Of a stretch of DNA of 64,000 bases, positions 38,542 through 47,289 are shown one piece after another (the stretch's first letter is position 1; each line of letters starts with the position of its first letter). Under the pieces are notes generated by a model that saw nothing but the letters and a program-made list of their open reading frames with translations, was not told the origin of the DNA and searched no databases. A program made the translations under genes and the position numbers. This DNA is from Candidatus Multivoradales bacterium. GTDB lineage: Bacteria > Acidobacteriota > Thermoanaerobaculia > Multivoradales > J023. Location of the stretch: assembly GCA_965248925.1 (NCBI GenBank), contig CBDFLE010000006.1, positions 1,184,001 through 1,248,000 on the forward strand, given 5' to 3'.

Positions 38542-39570
38542 CTACTCGCCGCTCAACACTCCAGCGACAAAACGCCGAGCATTGTTCCATCTCATGTCAG
38601 CAAGGAATCCCGACGGCCACTCGGCCGCGTCGCCCAAGTAGCCCAACAAGTCGGGATAGCAGGATGAGTTGCCGTAGTCATCGAGGAAGTAGCCATCACG
38701 GGCATTGAGCCGAAGCTCCGGCGGCAGGGTGTTGTCGGCGAAGAAGTCGGCGCCCAGAACGTAGTTCTCTGCACCACCGAGCTCCAGGGCGTATTTGGCG
38801 TTGGCGACAAATCCATCCGCCGACTCGGGCTCGAGAAAGGAGCGCAGGACATTGAGCCCGATCACTCCGCCACGGCGGATGATCTCGCGGCCGATCTCGT
38901 CCGGTAGATTGCGCGGCAAGTCACGCACCGCCTGAAAATTGGAGTGGCTAGCCAGCACCGCCGGTTGGGCACCTAGGCTCTCCAGGTAGTCCAGAATATC
39001 GGCCGCCAACCACTGCGAGGTGTGGGAAAAATCGATCGCGATACCCTTGTCGATCAACACATCGAGCAGATGCCGACCGTCATCTTTGAGCCCGCGTCGC
39101 GAACCGCAGCCACCGCCAAAGCGATTCTCGTTATTCCAGGTCAGGCTGACGTAAAGCAGCCGGCCTACTTCAGCCTCGATGCGGTCGAGACGTTCCAATC
39201 CGGGGGCCAGCCGGCCGTCATCGCCGCACAGCACGGTGGCGTTCTCAATCGCCGCGATCACCCGAATCGGCTGCTCAGACGCCGTCTCTAGCGCAAGTAG
39301 TTCGACGCTCTCGAGCGCTTCTAAATCATCCTCCTGGCTGACCAGGCGGCGAAATATCTTGGCTTGCTCCAACCCCATTTCATCGACGCCGGGCAGCGGC
39401 GGCACGAAAATCGCCAGCACCTGTAGGGCAACCCCTCCCTGGCGCAGCTGAGGGATGGAACAACGCGCGTCTGCGTCGTGCGCGGTGTACTTCTTGTCCA
39501 ACACCAGATAGGTCAGTAAGTCGCAATGCAGGTCAGCTATCGGTGGCTTGACGGGGGGATTCTCGGCCAT
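38542..39570 (-). CDS. Membrane dipeptidase (peptidase M19)
   Basis: DLHCD, AAIEN, SLTWN.ENRFGGG, IDFSH, ASHSN, RNL.D and LGADF. Confidence 0.9.
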   Translation of the reverse strand: MAENPPVKPPIADLHCDLLTYLVLDKKYTAHDADARCSIPQLRQGGVALQVLAIFVPPLPGVDEMGLEQAKIFRRLVSQEDDLEALESVELLALETASEQPIRVIAAIENATVLCGDDGRLAPGLERLDRIEAEVGRLLYVSLTWNNENRFGGGCGSRRGLKDDGRHLLDVLIDKGIAIDFSHTSQWLAADILDYLESLGAQPAVLASHSNFQAVRDLPRNLPDEIGREIIRRGGVIGLNVLRSFLEPESADGFVANAKYALELGGAENYVLGADFFADNTLPPELRLNARDGYFLDDYGNSSCYPDLLGYLGDAAEWPSGFLADMRWNNARRFVAGVLSGE

Positions 39571-39596
39571 GGCTCAATCTCCTTCTGCGGCAACGA

Positions 39597-40031
39597 TCAC
39601 TCGTCCAAACGAACCGGCGACGCCCTCACCGAGCTGTGGCGACGTAGTGTCACTTTGCCCGCGGGCAAGCCGCGTGGCTTGGCGACTTCGGCACAAGTGG
39701 CCAGGTGTACCGCCACCTGACCCCCGTGACGGGCCTTGGAATATCCCGCCGCCAACCCCGCCGCAAACCTCAAAGTGTCGCGCGGCAAGCGCTCCAGTCG
39801 ATCGGGATTGCGCACCACCACATGAGAGCCCGACTCCCCTGCCACATGGAGCCAGAAGTCGCCCGGCGAGGCGAGCTTCAACGACAGCAAGTCGTTATCC
39901 GCGGCGCTGCGGCCGACCAACACGATCAGGCCGTCGGGAGAGGTCGCCCGGCGAGCGATGGACCGTCCCCGCCACAGCCCTTGGTCGGCATCGGTCGGAC
40001 CGGGCGGACCGGTAACTTGGCGCTGTCCCAT
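39597..40031 (-). CDS. NFACT RNA-binding domain protein (DUF814)
   Basis: VLVGRSAADNDLL, DFWLHV..ESGSHVVV, AAGLAAGYSKA and KPRG.PAG.V. Start inferred. Confidence 0.85.
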   Translation of the reverse strand: MGQRQVTGPPGPTDADQGLWRGRSIARRATSPDGLIVLVGRSAADNDLLSLKLASPGDFWLHVAGESGSHVVVRNPDRLERLPRDTLRFAAGLAAGYSKARHGGQVAVHLATCAEVAKPRGLPAGKVTLRRHSSVRASPVRLDE

Positions 40032-40045
40032 CAACGAAATTCCAA

Positions 40046-41191
40046 TCAGTAGAGGCTGAACACCAGCAAGCGGGCATCGAGCGGGCCGTTGCGCACCGGC
40101 CAGCGGCGCTCGGGCCGCAGGCCAATCCCCTTGCCGCGCCGGGCGTCGCCAGCGATGACCACCGCGCGCCAACCCTTGTAGTGCTGCTTGAAGAGGTCGC
40201 CGAGCCGTCGCCACTGCTGATCAGACTCTTCCAGGCGCTCGCCATAGGCTGGATTGACCAACAGCAGTCCCGGTCCCGCCGGCGGCTCGAACTCGAAAGC
40301 ATCTCCCTGCCGCAGCTGGCAGCGCTCCGCCAAGCCGGCCTGCCGCAGGTTGACCTCAGCGGCGGCAATCGCCCCTGCCGAGCGATCGACCCCCAGCAGC
40401 TGAACATCCGGGCCGGGAGCCGCTAGCGGCTCGGCCCGTACCTCTTGCAGCAACGTTGGCTTGAAACCCGGCAAGCGCTCAAATGCCCAGCCCCGGCGCA
40501 ACATCCCCGGCGCGCGCCCCAAGGCCCAACTGGCGGCTTCCGCCAACAAAGTGCCCGAGCCACACATCGGGTCGACTACCGGCCCGCGGCCATCCCAACC
40601 CGAGGCCAACACACAGGCCGCCGCCAGCTGTTCGCGCAGCGGCGCGCGGGTGCTCTCCAGGCGATAGCCACGGCGATCAAGGGGTTCACCGGCGGTATCC
40701 AACAGCAAAGTGGCACGGTCGGAATGAAGCCACAGGCGAAAATATAGATCCGGCGAGTTACGCTCCACCGAGCCGCGGCGGCCGTAGCGCTGCCGCTGGC
40801 CGTCAACCAGGCCATCCTTGAGCCGCAGCGCCGCCCAACGCACGTCGCCGATGCGCGAGCGGGCTGAGGTCGCGCGGATCGAAAAAGTAAGGCTGGGGTC
40901 GAATAGGTGCTCTGCCGACAGCCCCTGCCAACGGTCGCGGCCACTCTCCACCATCCGCCGCATCCCCGCATAGAGCGCATCACCATCTGCCGCCGGCCAA
41001 GAGTCGAGCTCGATCAGCACCCGGTTGGCGGTGCGCAACCGCCAGCAAGCGCGGTAGACCTCAGCCCAGCCGCCGCGAAAACGCACCGCTCCGCGCTCTT
41101 CCTCGGCACCGTGGACTCCCAACTCACCGAGCTCGCCGAGTAGCAGCGGTTCGAGACCCAAAGAACAAGTGGCGATCAGCCGCAGCGCCAT
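40046..41191 (-). CDS. THUMP-domain RNA methyltransferase (RlmL-like)
   Basis: LRTANRV, LDTAGEPL.RRGYR, APLREQLAA, DPMCGSGT and NPAYGERL. Confidence 0.9.
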   Translation of the reverse strand: MALRLIATCSLGLEPLLLGELGELGVHGAEEERGAVRFRGGWAEVYRACWRLRTANRVLIELDSWPAADGDALYAGMRRMVESGRDRWQGLSAEHLFDPSLTFSIRATSARSRIGDVRWAALRLKDGLVDGQRQRYGRRGSVERNSPDLYFRLWLHSDRATLLLDTAGEPLDRRGYRLESTRAPLREQLAAACVLASGWDGRGPVVDPMCGSGTLLAEAASWALGRAPGMLRRGWAFERLPGFKPTLLQEVRAEPLAAPGPDVQLLGVDRSAGAIAAAEVNLRQAGLAERCQLRQGDAFEFEPPAGPGLLLVNPAYGERLEESDQQWRRLGDLFKQHYKGWRAVVIAGDARRGKGIGLRPERRWPVRNGPLDARLLVFSLY

Positions 41192-41195
41192 CGGC

Positions 41196-41837
41196 TCAGA
41201 CCCGCCGGCCGAGCCAGTCGAGGACTGTGCGCAAGGCTTCAGGGCGGATCTCGTGCGCCATGGGAAACTCCTGGTAGGTGAGGTCGACCCCGATTTCTTC
41301 GAGCACTGAACGCGATTGGCGCCCCTTGTCGATACCCACCATCTGATCCTCGGTGCCGTGCAGCACCAACACCGGCAGGCTCTTCTGCGCTTCGAGCCGC
41401 GGCAGATTGCTGGCTAGAAGCTCCGGCAACCAGGTCGACAGAGCGACCACCCCGGCCCAAGATTGGGGATCGCGCAAGGCCAAATCGTAAGCCATCAAGC
41501 CACCCTGACTGAAGCCCAGCACCACCGCCCGCCGCGGATCGACCGGATAGTTCAGCCGAGCCGACTCGACGAAGGCTCGCAACGAGGTCGAGGCGCGGCG
41601 GAAAGCCCGCGCATCAGGCGGCTGGCCAGGAACCAAGGGAAACCAACCGTGGCCCACCGCCCCGGGACCAATCGGCACTTCGACCTGCCCTTCCGGGCAG
41701 ATCATCATCCACCCTGCGGGCAAATTCGGGGCCAGGCCGAGCAAGTCGTGGCCGCCGGCACCCCAGCCATGCAAGGCGAAAACGGTTGGAAACGGGCCGT
41801 CGCCGGCCGGCACGTGAACGGTGTGGAGCAACTCCAT
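41196..41837 (-). CDS. Phospholipase/carboxylesterase (alpha/beta hydrolase)
   Basis: LHGWG, nucleophile GFSQG, HGTEDQMV and MAHEI. Confidence 0.9.
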   Translation of the reverse strand: MELLHTVHVPAGDGPFPTVFALHGWGAGGHDLLGLAPNLPAGWMMICPEGQVEVPIGPGAVGHGWFPLVPGQPPDARAFRRASTSLRAFVESARLNYPVDPRRAVVLGFSQGGLMAYDLALRDPQSWAGVVALSTWLPELLASNLPRLEAQKSLPVLVLHGTEDQMVGIDKGRQSRSVLEEIGVDLTYQEFPMAHEIRPEALRTVLDWLGRRV

Positions 41838-41905
41838 GATCGATGTCCTCGGGGGTTCTTCTCAAGCTGAAAGGTAGCCTGGCCGGCTCAAGATAGCAGA
41901 CCTGC

Positions 41906-43420
41906 TCAGCGCTGCTCGATCGACTCGATGTAGAGCGAGCGAGCGGCCAGCAAATGCGGCGCCATCACCACCCGATCACTCTCCAGCACCACATCAAGGG
42001 CGGCGCCTGGCCGTAGGTCGCGAGGCAAATCGAGCGCGACAGACAGCGACTCGACACCACCGGCCGGCAGCTCGAAAACCCGCCGCTGGGAGTCCTCCGG
42101 CGATGGGATCGAAAGGGTCAGCCGCAGGGGGTAGAGAGCCGCGGCATTGGGCAGCCGCCGCAGTCTCAAGACCAACTGCCGCGCACCCTCCGCCCGCCGC
42201 ACCAAGACGGTCGTAGCCCTCCCCATCAGACCGTCTCGCAGCCCCAGCTGACCCGCGACTTGCGACCGCGAGTCAACTCCAGGACGGTAGCTCTGAGGAA
42301 TTTGCCGCGCGGTCGAACGCCGCAGTTGAACACCGTAACGCTCGGCCCAAGGCCCGGCCGGCGGACGCCGGTGGATGGCCACCTCGGGAGCCGCGGGATC
42401 CCGCAGCTCGGCTGGCAAGGCTGGCCAGCCCAGAACCTCGGCAACCAACCGGTAGACTATCCGGCCGTAGAGCCGATTGGCCTCCGCCGTGCCATGACCC
42501 AGGGGCATGGGATTGCGCCAACGCCCCAGAGTGTGAGACGCCGGCAGCACCGCGTAGGGTGCTTCGATGCCCCCCTGCTCGACCCAATGATGGACCCGTG
42601 GCTCCTGCCAGCGAGCGACGAAGAACAAAGCACTCGGTACTTCTAGACGGTCGAGCCTTTCGACACTGTCGCTCAAGGCTTCGAACACCTGCCACCAGCG
42701 TTGGTCGAAGCGATAGGAATCGAACCGCGAACCGCGATAGGTCACCGAGTGGGGCTCGCCGAATTGATCCGCCAACAAGCCTCCACGCCACGGCGAGCCG
42801 TTGGGCAAGATGGTGGCGGTGGAGTGGTGGTCGTTATCCGTCGGGCAGAAAATCACCGCATCGGGCTGCAAGCGATCCCAGAAAAACCACAAGGCCGCCA
42901 ACTGGTTGAAGGTGTTGTAGCCCGGCAAAGCCAGCGTCCAAGCCTCTATCGGCTGCCGCAAGCCGGCGTGCTGCGCCGCCAACCCCTCGAAGATCTTGGG
43001 AAAGCTGTCGGCCTCCGAGATCCCCATGCCATAAGTCCAGGAATCGCCGACAAACAGCACCCGAAGAGTACCAGCGGCCTTGCTGGCCGGGCCGCTGCGG
43101 AAACCGAGGTCATTGGCGCTAAAGGTGTCTTGCCAGACGGTCAGCTCAGTGTTGGGCTTCAAGGTGTAGCCGATGCGCGGCTCGTAGTAGGCCCAGACAT
43201 GCGCCCCAGGGCTGATGGCGCGCAACTCACCCACCAGCCGCTGACGGTCTTCGGCGGACAGCTCGGCGACATTCGGTGGCCGCCGAGCGGCCCGCCACCA
43301 GCCCCAGCCGCCGAGGGCGCTACCGCTCAGCCCCAGCGCCGCTAGCACCAAGAGCAAGGACACCACGCGCTCGGATACACCACCACCGGCGCCCTCAGAG
43401 GGACTATTGGACACAAACAT
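41906..43420 (-). CDS. Membrane-anchored SGNH/GDSL hydrolase-like protein
   Basis: N-terminal TM, NDLGFR, VLFVGDSWTYG, PGYNT, DND and GH...ANRLY. Start uncertain. Confidence 0.72.
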   Translation of the reverse strand: MFVSNSPSEGAGGGVSERVVSLLLVLAALGLSGSALGGWGWWRAARRPPNVAELSAEDRQRLVGELRAISPGAHVWAYYEPRIGYTLKPNTELTVWQDTFSANDLGFRSGPASKAAGTLRVLFVGDSWTYGMGISEADSFPKIFEGLAAQHAGLRQPIEAWTLALPGYNTFNQLAALWFFWDRLQPDAVIFCPTDNDHHSTATILPNGSPWRGGLLADQFGEPHSVTYRGSRFDSYRFDQRWWQVFEALSDSVERLDRLEVPSALFFVARWQEPRVHHWVEQGGIEAPYAVLPASHTLGRWRNPMPLGHGTAEANRLYGRIVYRLVAEVLGWPALPAELRDPAAPEVAIHRRPPAGPWAERYGVQLRRSTARQIPQSYRPGVDSRSQVAGQLGLRDGLMGRATTVLVRRAEGARQLVLRLRRLPNAAALYPLRLTLSIPSPEDSQRRVFELPAGGVESLSVALDLPRDLRPGAALDVVLESDRVVMAPHLLAARSLYIESIEQR

Positions 43421-45110
43421 CGACCGCTGGCGGGAAGCCGAAATCTGCTCCCACATTCTGCGCGCAAGTTAGACCCGGGACACACTCCTGATCGCTATCA
43501 CAGTCTCCTTGGCCGGCGGCGCAAGGGCCGCAGTCGGTGCACAACCGCCCATGGCCCAACGGCCAAGGACACGAGGAATCCGGCGCGGTGCAAACGTCGA
43601 TATTGGCGGCAAAGCCGAAATCCGCTCCCACATTCTGGCTACAACCCAGCCCGGCAACACATTGCACGTTGCCATCGCAATCCCCCTCGCCATCAGCGCA
43701 GGGGCCGCAGTCGCGGCAGTATCGAGGGTCACCCAGCGGCCAGGGGCAGCCGCCGCTGTTGTCCGCGCGACACACATCGGTAGCAGCGGTGAAGCCGAAT
43801 TGGGCGCCAATGTTCTGCACACAGCGGGTGCCAGCGGCACACTCGCCATCGTTGTCACAATCGCCTTCGCCGTCGACACAGGGTCCGCACAGCTGACAGA
43901 AGCGCGGGTGGCCCAGCTCGACCGGACAGTCAGCACCTGCAGCCAGCAACCGCAGGATGGTGCCGGCAAAATAGTCGATGACGTAGAGTTCTCCAGCCTG
44001 ATCCTCACCGAAACTGCTGATGCTGAGCCCCGATTGCAACAGCAGTCGTCGCTGCCAAGAGCCGTCTGCCCGGGGAGTCGCTCCCCAGATGCGGCCGCTG
44101 CCGAAGTCACCGAACAAATAAACCCCAGCCAGCGCCGGCTGGGCACTGCCGCGATAGCGATAGCCACCGGTGACCGACAGACCCTCGTCACGGCCGTAGT
44201 CGATGACTGGCCGAACCAAGCTCGGGTCTTCACACCCAGTGCTGGGTTGGAAGCACTCGCCACCCTCCATCAGCCGCCAACCGTAGTTCTCACCGCCGCT
44301 GCTGCTCGCCGGCTGGAAGTCTATTTCTTCGCGGGCGTTCTGACCCACATCACCGATGAACAGATCTCCGGTCTGGCGATCAAAGCTGAACCGCCAAGGG
44401 TTGCGCAAGCCGAAAGCCCACACCTCATCACGCCCTTGAGAGTTGCCGACGAAGGGATTGTCGGCGGGGATGGCGTAGGCCAACCCGGTGGCGGCGCGGT
44501 CGATATCGAGCCGCAGCAAGGTGCCGAGTAGGGTGTTTGGGCGTTGGCCGTTGTTGTTGGGGTCACCGCCCGCGCCGCCGTCTCCCAGACCGAGATAGAG
44601 AAACCCGTCGGGACCGAAGGCCAAATGGCCGCCATTGTGATTAGTAAACGGCTGGCCGACGGTGAGCAGCACCTCGAGAGAACTCAGATCGACCACATCG
44701 GGGTCACTCGACAAGCGCAAACGAGAGACTACCGAGTTGCCATTGAGCCGGGTGTAACTGGCGTAGACCTCGCCATTGGTGGCAAACCTCGGATGGAAGG
44801 CCAAGCCGAGCAGACCCTGCTCGCCGCCACCCCTGGTGAGGTTAGAAATATCGAGAAATGGGGTCGCTCGCGGCGAACCGTCGGCATCGACAATCCGCAC
44901 CACCCCCCCCTGCTCGACCACGAACACCCGCCCCGAGTCGTCACCGGCGTGGGTCAAGAACAGCGGGCTGGAGAAGCCTTGGGCAAATGCATCAGTGCGC
45001 AGAGCCACCTCGGCCAGCTGCGCCGCGGCGGGAGTCATGGCGATCATGATCAGAGAAACCCCCGTCAGGATGCCAGGTAACAGCGGCCGGCGATGCCGAG
45101 AATCACTCAT
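43404..45110 (-). CDS. PQQ-dependent sugar (glucose/sorbosone) dehydrogenase family protein with three Cys-rich C-terminal repeats
   Basis: EQGLLGLAFHP, NHNGG, GLGDGG, GLRNPWRFSFD, GDVGQ, EEID and NYGW. ATG 45110 overlaps the upstream stop. Confidence 0.9.
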   Translation of the reverse strand: MSDSRHRRPLLPGILTGVSLIMIAMTPAAAQLAEVALRTDAFAQGFSSPLFLTHAGDDSGRVFVVEQGGVVRIVDADGSPRATPFLDISNLTRGGGEQGLLGLAFHPRFATNGEVYASYTRLNGNSVVSRLRLSSDPDVVDLSSLEVLLTVGQPFTNHNGGHLAFGPDGFLYLGLGDGGAGGDPNNNGQRPNTLLGTLLRLDIDRAATGLAYAIPADNPFVGNSQGRDEVWAFGLRNPWRFSFDRQTGDLFIGDVGQNAREEIDFQPASSSGGENYGWRLMEGGECFQPSTGCEDPSLVRPVIDYGRDEGLSVTGGYRYRGSAQPALAGVYLFGDFGSGRIWGATPRADGSWQRRLLLQSGLSISSFGEDQAGELYVIDYFAGTILRLLAAGADCPVELGHPRFCQLCGPCVDGEGDCDNDGECAAGTRCVQNIGAQFGFTAATDVCRADNSGGCPWPLGDPRYCRDCGPCADGEGDCDGNVQCVAGLGCSQNVGADFGFAANIDVCTAPDSSCPWPLGHGRLCTDCGPCAAGQGDCDSDQECVPGLTCAQNVGADFGFPPAVDVCVQ

Positions 45111-45658
45111 CCCTCTACCTCTTCCACCACCAGGCCGGTGGGTAGCCCATCGATGCTGATCTGGTTCTTCTGGCGCTGATAGTCCGCCATCCCCTGCTCC
45201 CCTTTGGCCTCGCAAGAGCGGCGCAGAGTATCGCGCTCCCCCACCCAATCGAACAGCGGCACTCCGAAGCCACACGAGGTCTGCACCGAGTCGACCTCCT
45301 GAACAATGATCTGCCGCACTCCCGGCAGCAGCTCGAAAAGCGCCGCCAGCTCTGCCCAATCAGCGTCGTCGCGCTGTACGGTTCGGCCCTGGCCGTAAAG
45401 CCGCAAGATGTTCGGCTTGCTACCGAAACAGCAGAACATCACCGTCAAGCGGCCATCATCCAGCAGGTGGGCAGCGGTCTCGTTGCCGCTGCCGGTGAAG
45501 TCGAGATAAGCCACCCGATTCGGCGACAGGCAGCGAAAAGTGTCCATCCCTTTGGGCGAAAGACTGATCCGCCCTTGCCGCGGCGCGGTGGCAACGAAGA
45601 ACATCTTCTGCTCGGCGATGAAAGCTTGCAGGCGAAGATCGATCAAATCGAAAAACAT
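45107..45658 (-). CDS. Pyridoxamine 5'-phosphate oxidase family protein
   Basis: QKMFFVATAP, SPKG, YLDFTGSGNET.AH, VQTSCGFGVP and KN..SIDGLP. Confidence 0.88.
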   Translation of the reverse strand: MFFDLIDLRLQAFIAEQKMFFVATAPRQGRISLSPKGMDTFRCLSPNRVAYLDFTGSGNETAAHLLDDGRLTVMFCCFGSKPNILRLYGQGRTVQRDDADWAELAALFELLPGVRQIIVQEVDSVQTSCGFGVPLFDWVGERDTLRRSCEAKGEQGMADYQRQKNQISIDGLPTGLVVEEVEG

Positions 45659-45841
45659 GGCAACCCAGGTCTCCATGCAGCTCACTCGGCACTCGGTGTA
45701 AGCGCGGTGGCTGGCACCGCTAGAGAATACACCCGGCCAGGTGCTCCCCAGAGGGTGCTTTGGACTCAACCTGTCAACAAAGTGTCAGACACCCGGGCAG
45801 GTGTCGGAGTTAGGTGTCCGACAGTGAAGGGTGGCGGCGAC

Positions 45842-46414
45842 TCAAACCGGGATACGTAGAGCCTGGCGTGCCGCTTGCAGCCGCAGGCCGAGCAGCGCTG
45901 AGCCGAGCAGATCACCCGCGCCCTCATACTCTGACTCGGCGAGGGCAATCCCCCAACTAATCGCCGGGTCAATCCACTGACCGCGAATCGATAGAGCCTG
46001 ACCGACGATACCGGCGATGCGACCGGCAGCGACTCGAGCTTGAGGCAGCTCGCCAACGTCATTTAGCGCCAGCGCCAACCGCCCTTGGCGCAATACCGCC
46101 ACGAGATCGCCAGGCCGCGCCGCCAACTCCAGGCGGCGGGCCAGGGCGGACATCAAAGCCGCCGCCGTGCGCCGCCCGAGACGCTGATCGAGGTCTTCGC
46201 TATCGCGCAGCTCAAGCACCAGCAACGCCACCGAAGAACAAGCAGCTGCGCCACCACGCTGCCGACCGTGGCCCGTATTTTGAGCTACACGACGGTCGAG
46301 CAAGGCCAGGAAAGAGCGGGAATTGAGCAGTCCAGTGCTAGAATCGTAACGTCTACGGGGACGTTCGCTAGCCGAAGTAGAGGTCAGGATCGAGGCGCTC
46401 ATGCGGACTGACAC
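45842..46414 (-). CDS. Stand-alone degenerate GGDEF domain protein
   Basis: DSSTGLLN, VALLVLEL, RPGDLVAVLRQGRL in place of R..D.....GGDEF, ISWGIA. Confidence 0.7.
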   Translation of the reverse strand: MSVRMSASILTSTSASERPRRRYDSSTGLLNSRSFLALLDRRVAQNTGHGRQRGGAAACSSVALLVLELRDSEDLDQRLGRRTAAALMSALARRLELAARPGDLVAVLRQGRLALALNDVGELPQARVAAGRIAGIVGQALSIRGQWIDPAISWGIALAESEYEGAGDLLGSALLGLRLQAARQALRIPV

Positions 46415-46461
46415 AGCAAGTGCTGTGCCAGCCCACTAGAGCGCTCTCAGCTAACCCACAG

Positions 46462-46536
46462 ATCAGCTAGCACGCTAATCAGCTAGCACGCTAATCAGCT
46501 AGCACGCTAATCAGCTAGCACGCTAATCAGCTAGCA
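46462..46536. repeat. 16-bp tandem repeat ATCAGCTAGCACGCTA x4.7
   Basis: Exact units at 46462, 46478, 46494 and 46510, partial at 46526 (contains the YceI stop codon). Confidence 0.95.
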
Positions 46537-47153
46537 GAGTGTAGGTCGAGCTTGATCAGCACATCGTCGCGGATCAAGTCGTCGGCCATGCCCGGATACT
46601 CGAGGCCAAAGTCGAAACGCTTGATGGCGAACTCGGCGTTGGCGGTGAAACCGCTGTCGCTGAGCTCGATGGTGGCCGGGAAGCTGATCTGCTTGGCAAC
46701 GCCGTGCAGGTCGAGAGTGCCGGTGACCTGATAGGTACCATCTTCGTTGGCGGCAATGCCAGTGGACATGAAGCTGGCGGACTCGAACTGCTCGACATCG
46801 AAGAATTCAGCACTCTTCAGGTGGCCGGTGAGCTTGTCGTTATCAGCCCACAGCGAAGCAGCGCTAATCAGCACTTCGATGGTCGAGCCCTCGATGGTGC
46901 CGTCGGTGGTGATGGTGCCTTCGAACTTCTCGAATCCACCCTCGTGCGAACCGGTGACTTTGGAGCCCACGAAGCCGACCTTCGACTCCGGCGACAGCTG
47001 ATAGACCGTACCCGCCGGCTCAGTCATCGACTCGGTTGCCGCAGGCGGCTCGGAAACCTCGGCTTGGGGAGCATCGGCGGCCGGGTTGGCGCAGCCAACG
47101 GCGAGCAGCAAGGCGAGAGTGGCGAGAAACAAACAAAATTTACTACGACTCAT
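46527..47153 (-). CDS. YceI family lipoprotein
   Basis: Lipobox LAVGC, S.VGF.GSKV, HLKSAEFFDV.QF, VTGTLDLHGV and IKRFDFG. Confidence 0.92.
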   Translation of the reverse strand: MSRSKFCLFLATLALLLAVGCANPAADAPQAEVSEPPAATESMTEPAGTVYQLSPESKVGFVGSKVTGSHEGGFEKFEGTITTDGTIEGSTIEVLISAASLWADNDKLTGHLKSAEFFDVEQFESASFMSTGIAANEDGTYQVTGTLDLHGVAKQISFPATIELSDSGFTANAEFAIKRFDFGLEYPGMADDLIRDDVLIKLDLHSAS

Positions 47154-47289
47154 GGAAAGGTCTCCTCTCCTGAATTTTCTGGAGTACGCCGGCCGATAGC
47201 CAGCTGAGGGTTGAGCGGAATCGCCCTATTCTGGACCGCTGACTCTATCAGCTGATACAGGAATTAGGTCAGCTCCGAACTCAACGCCT

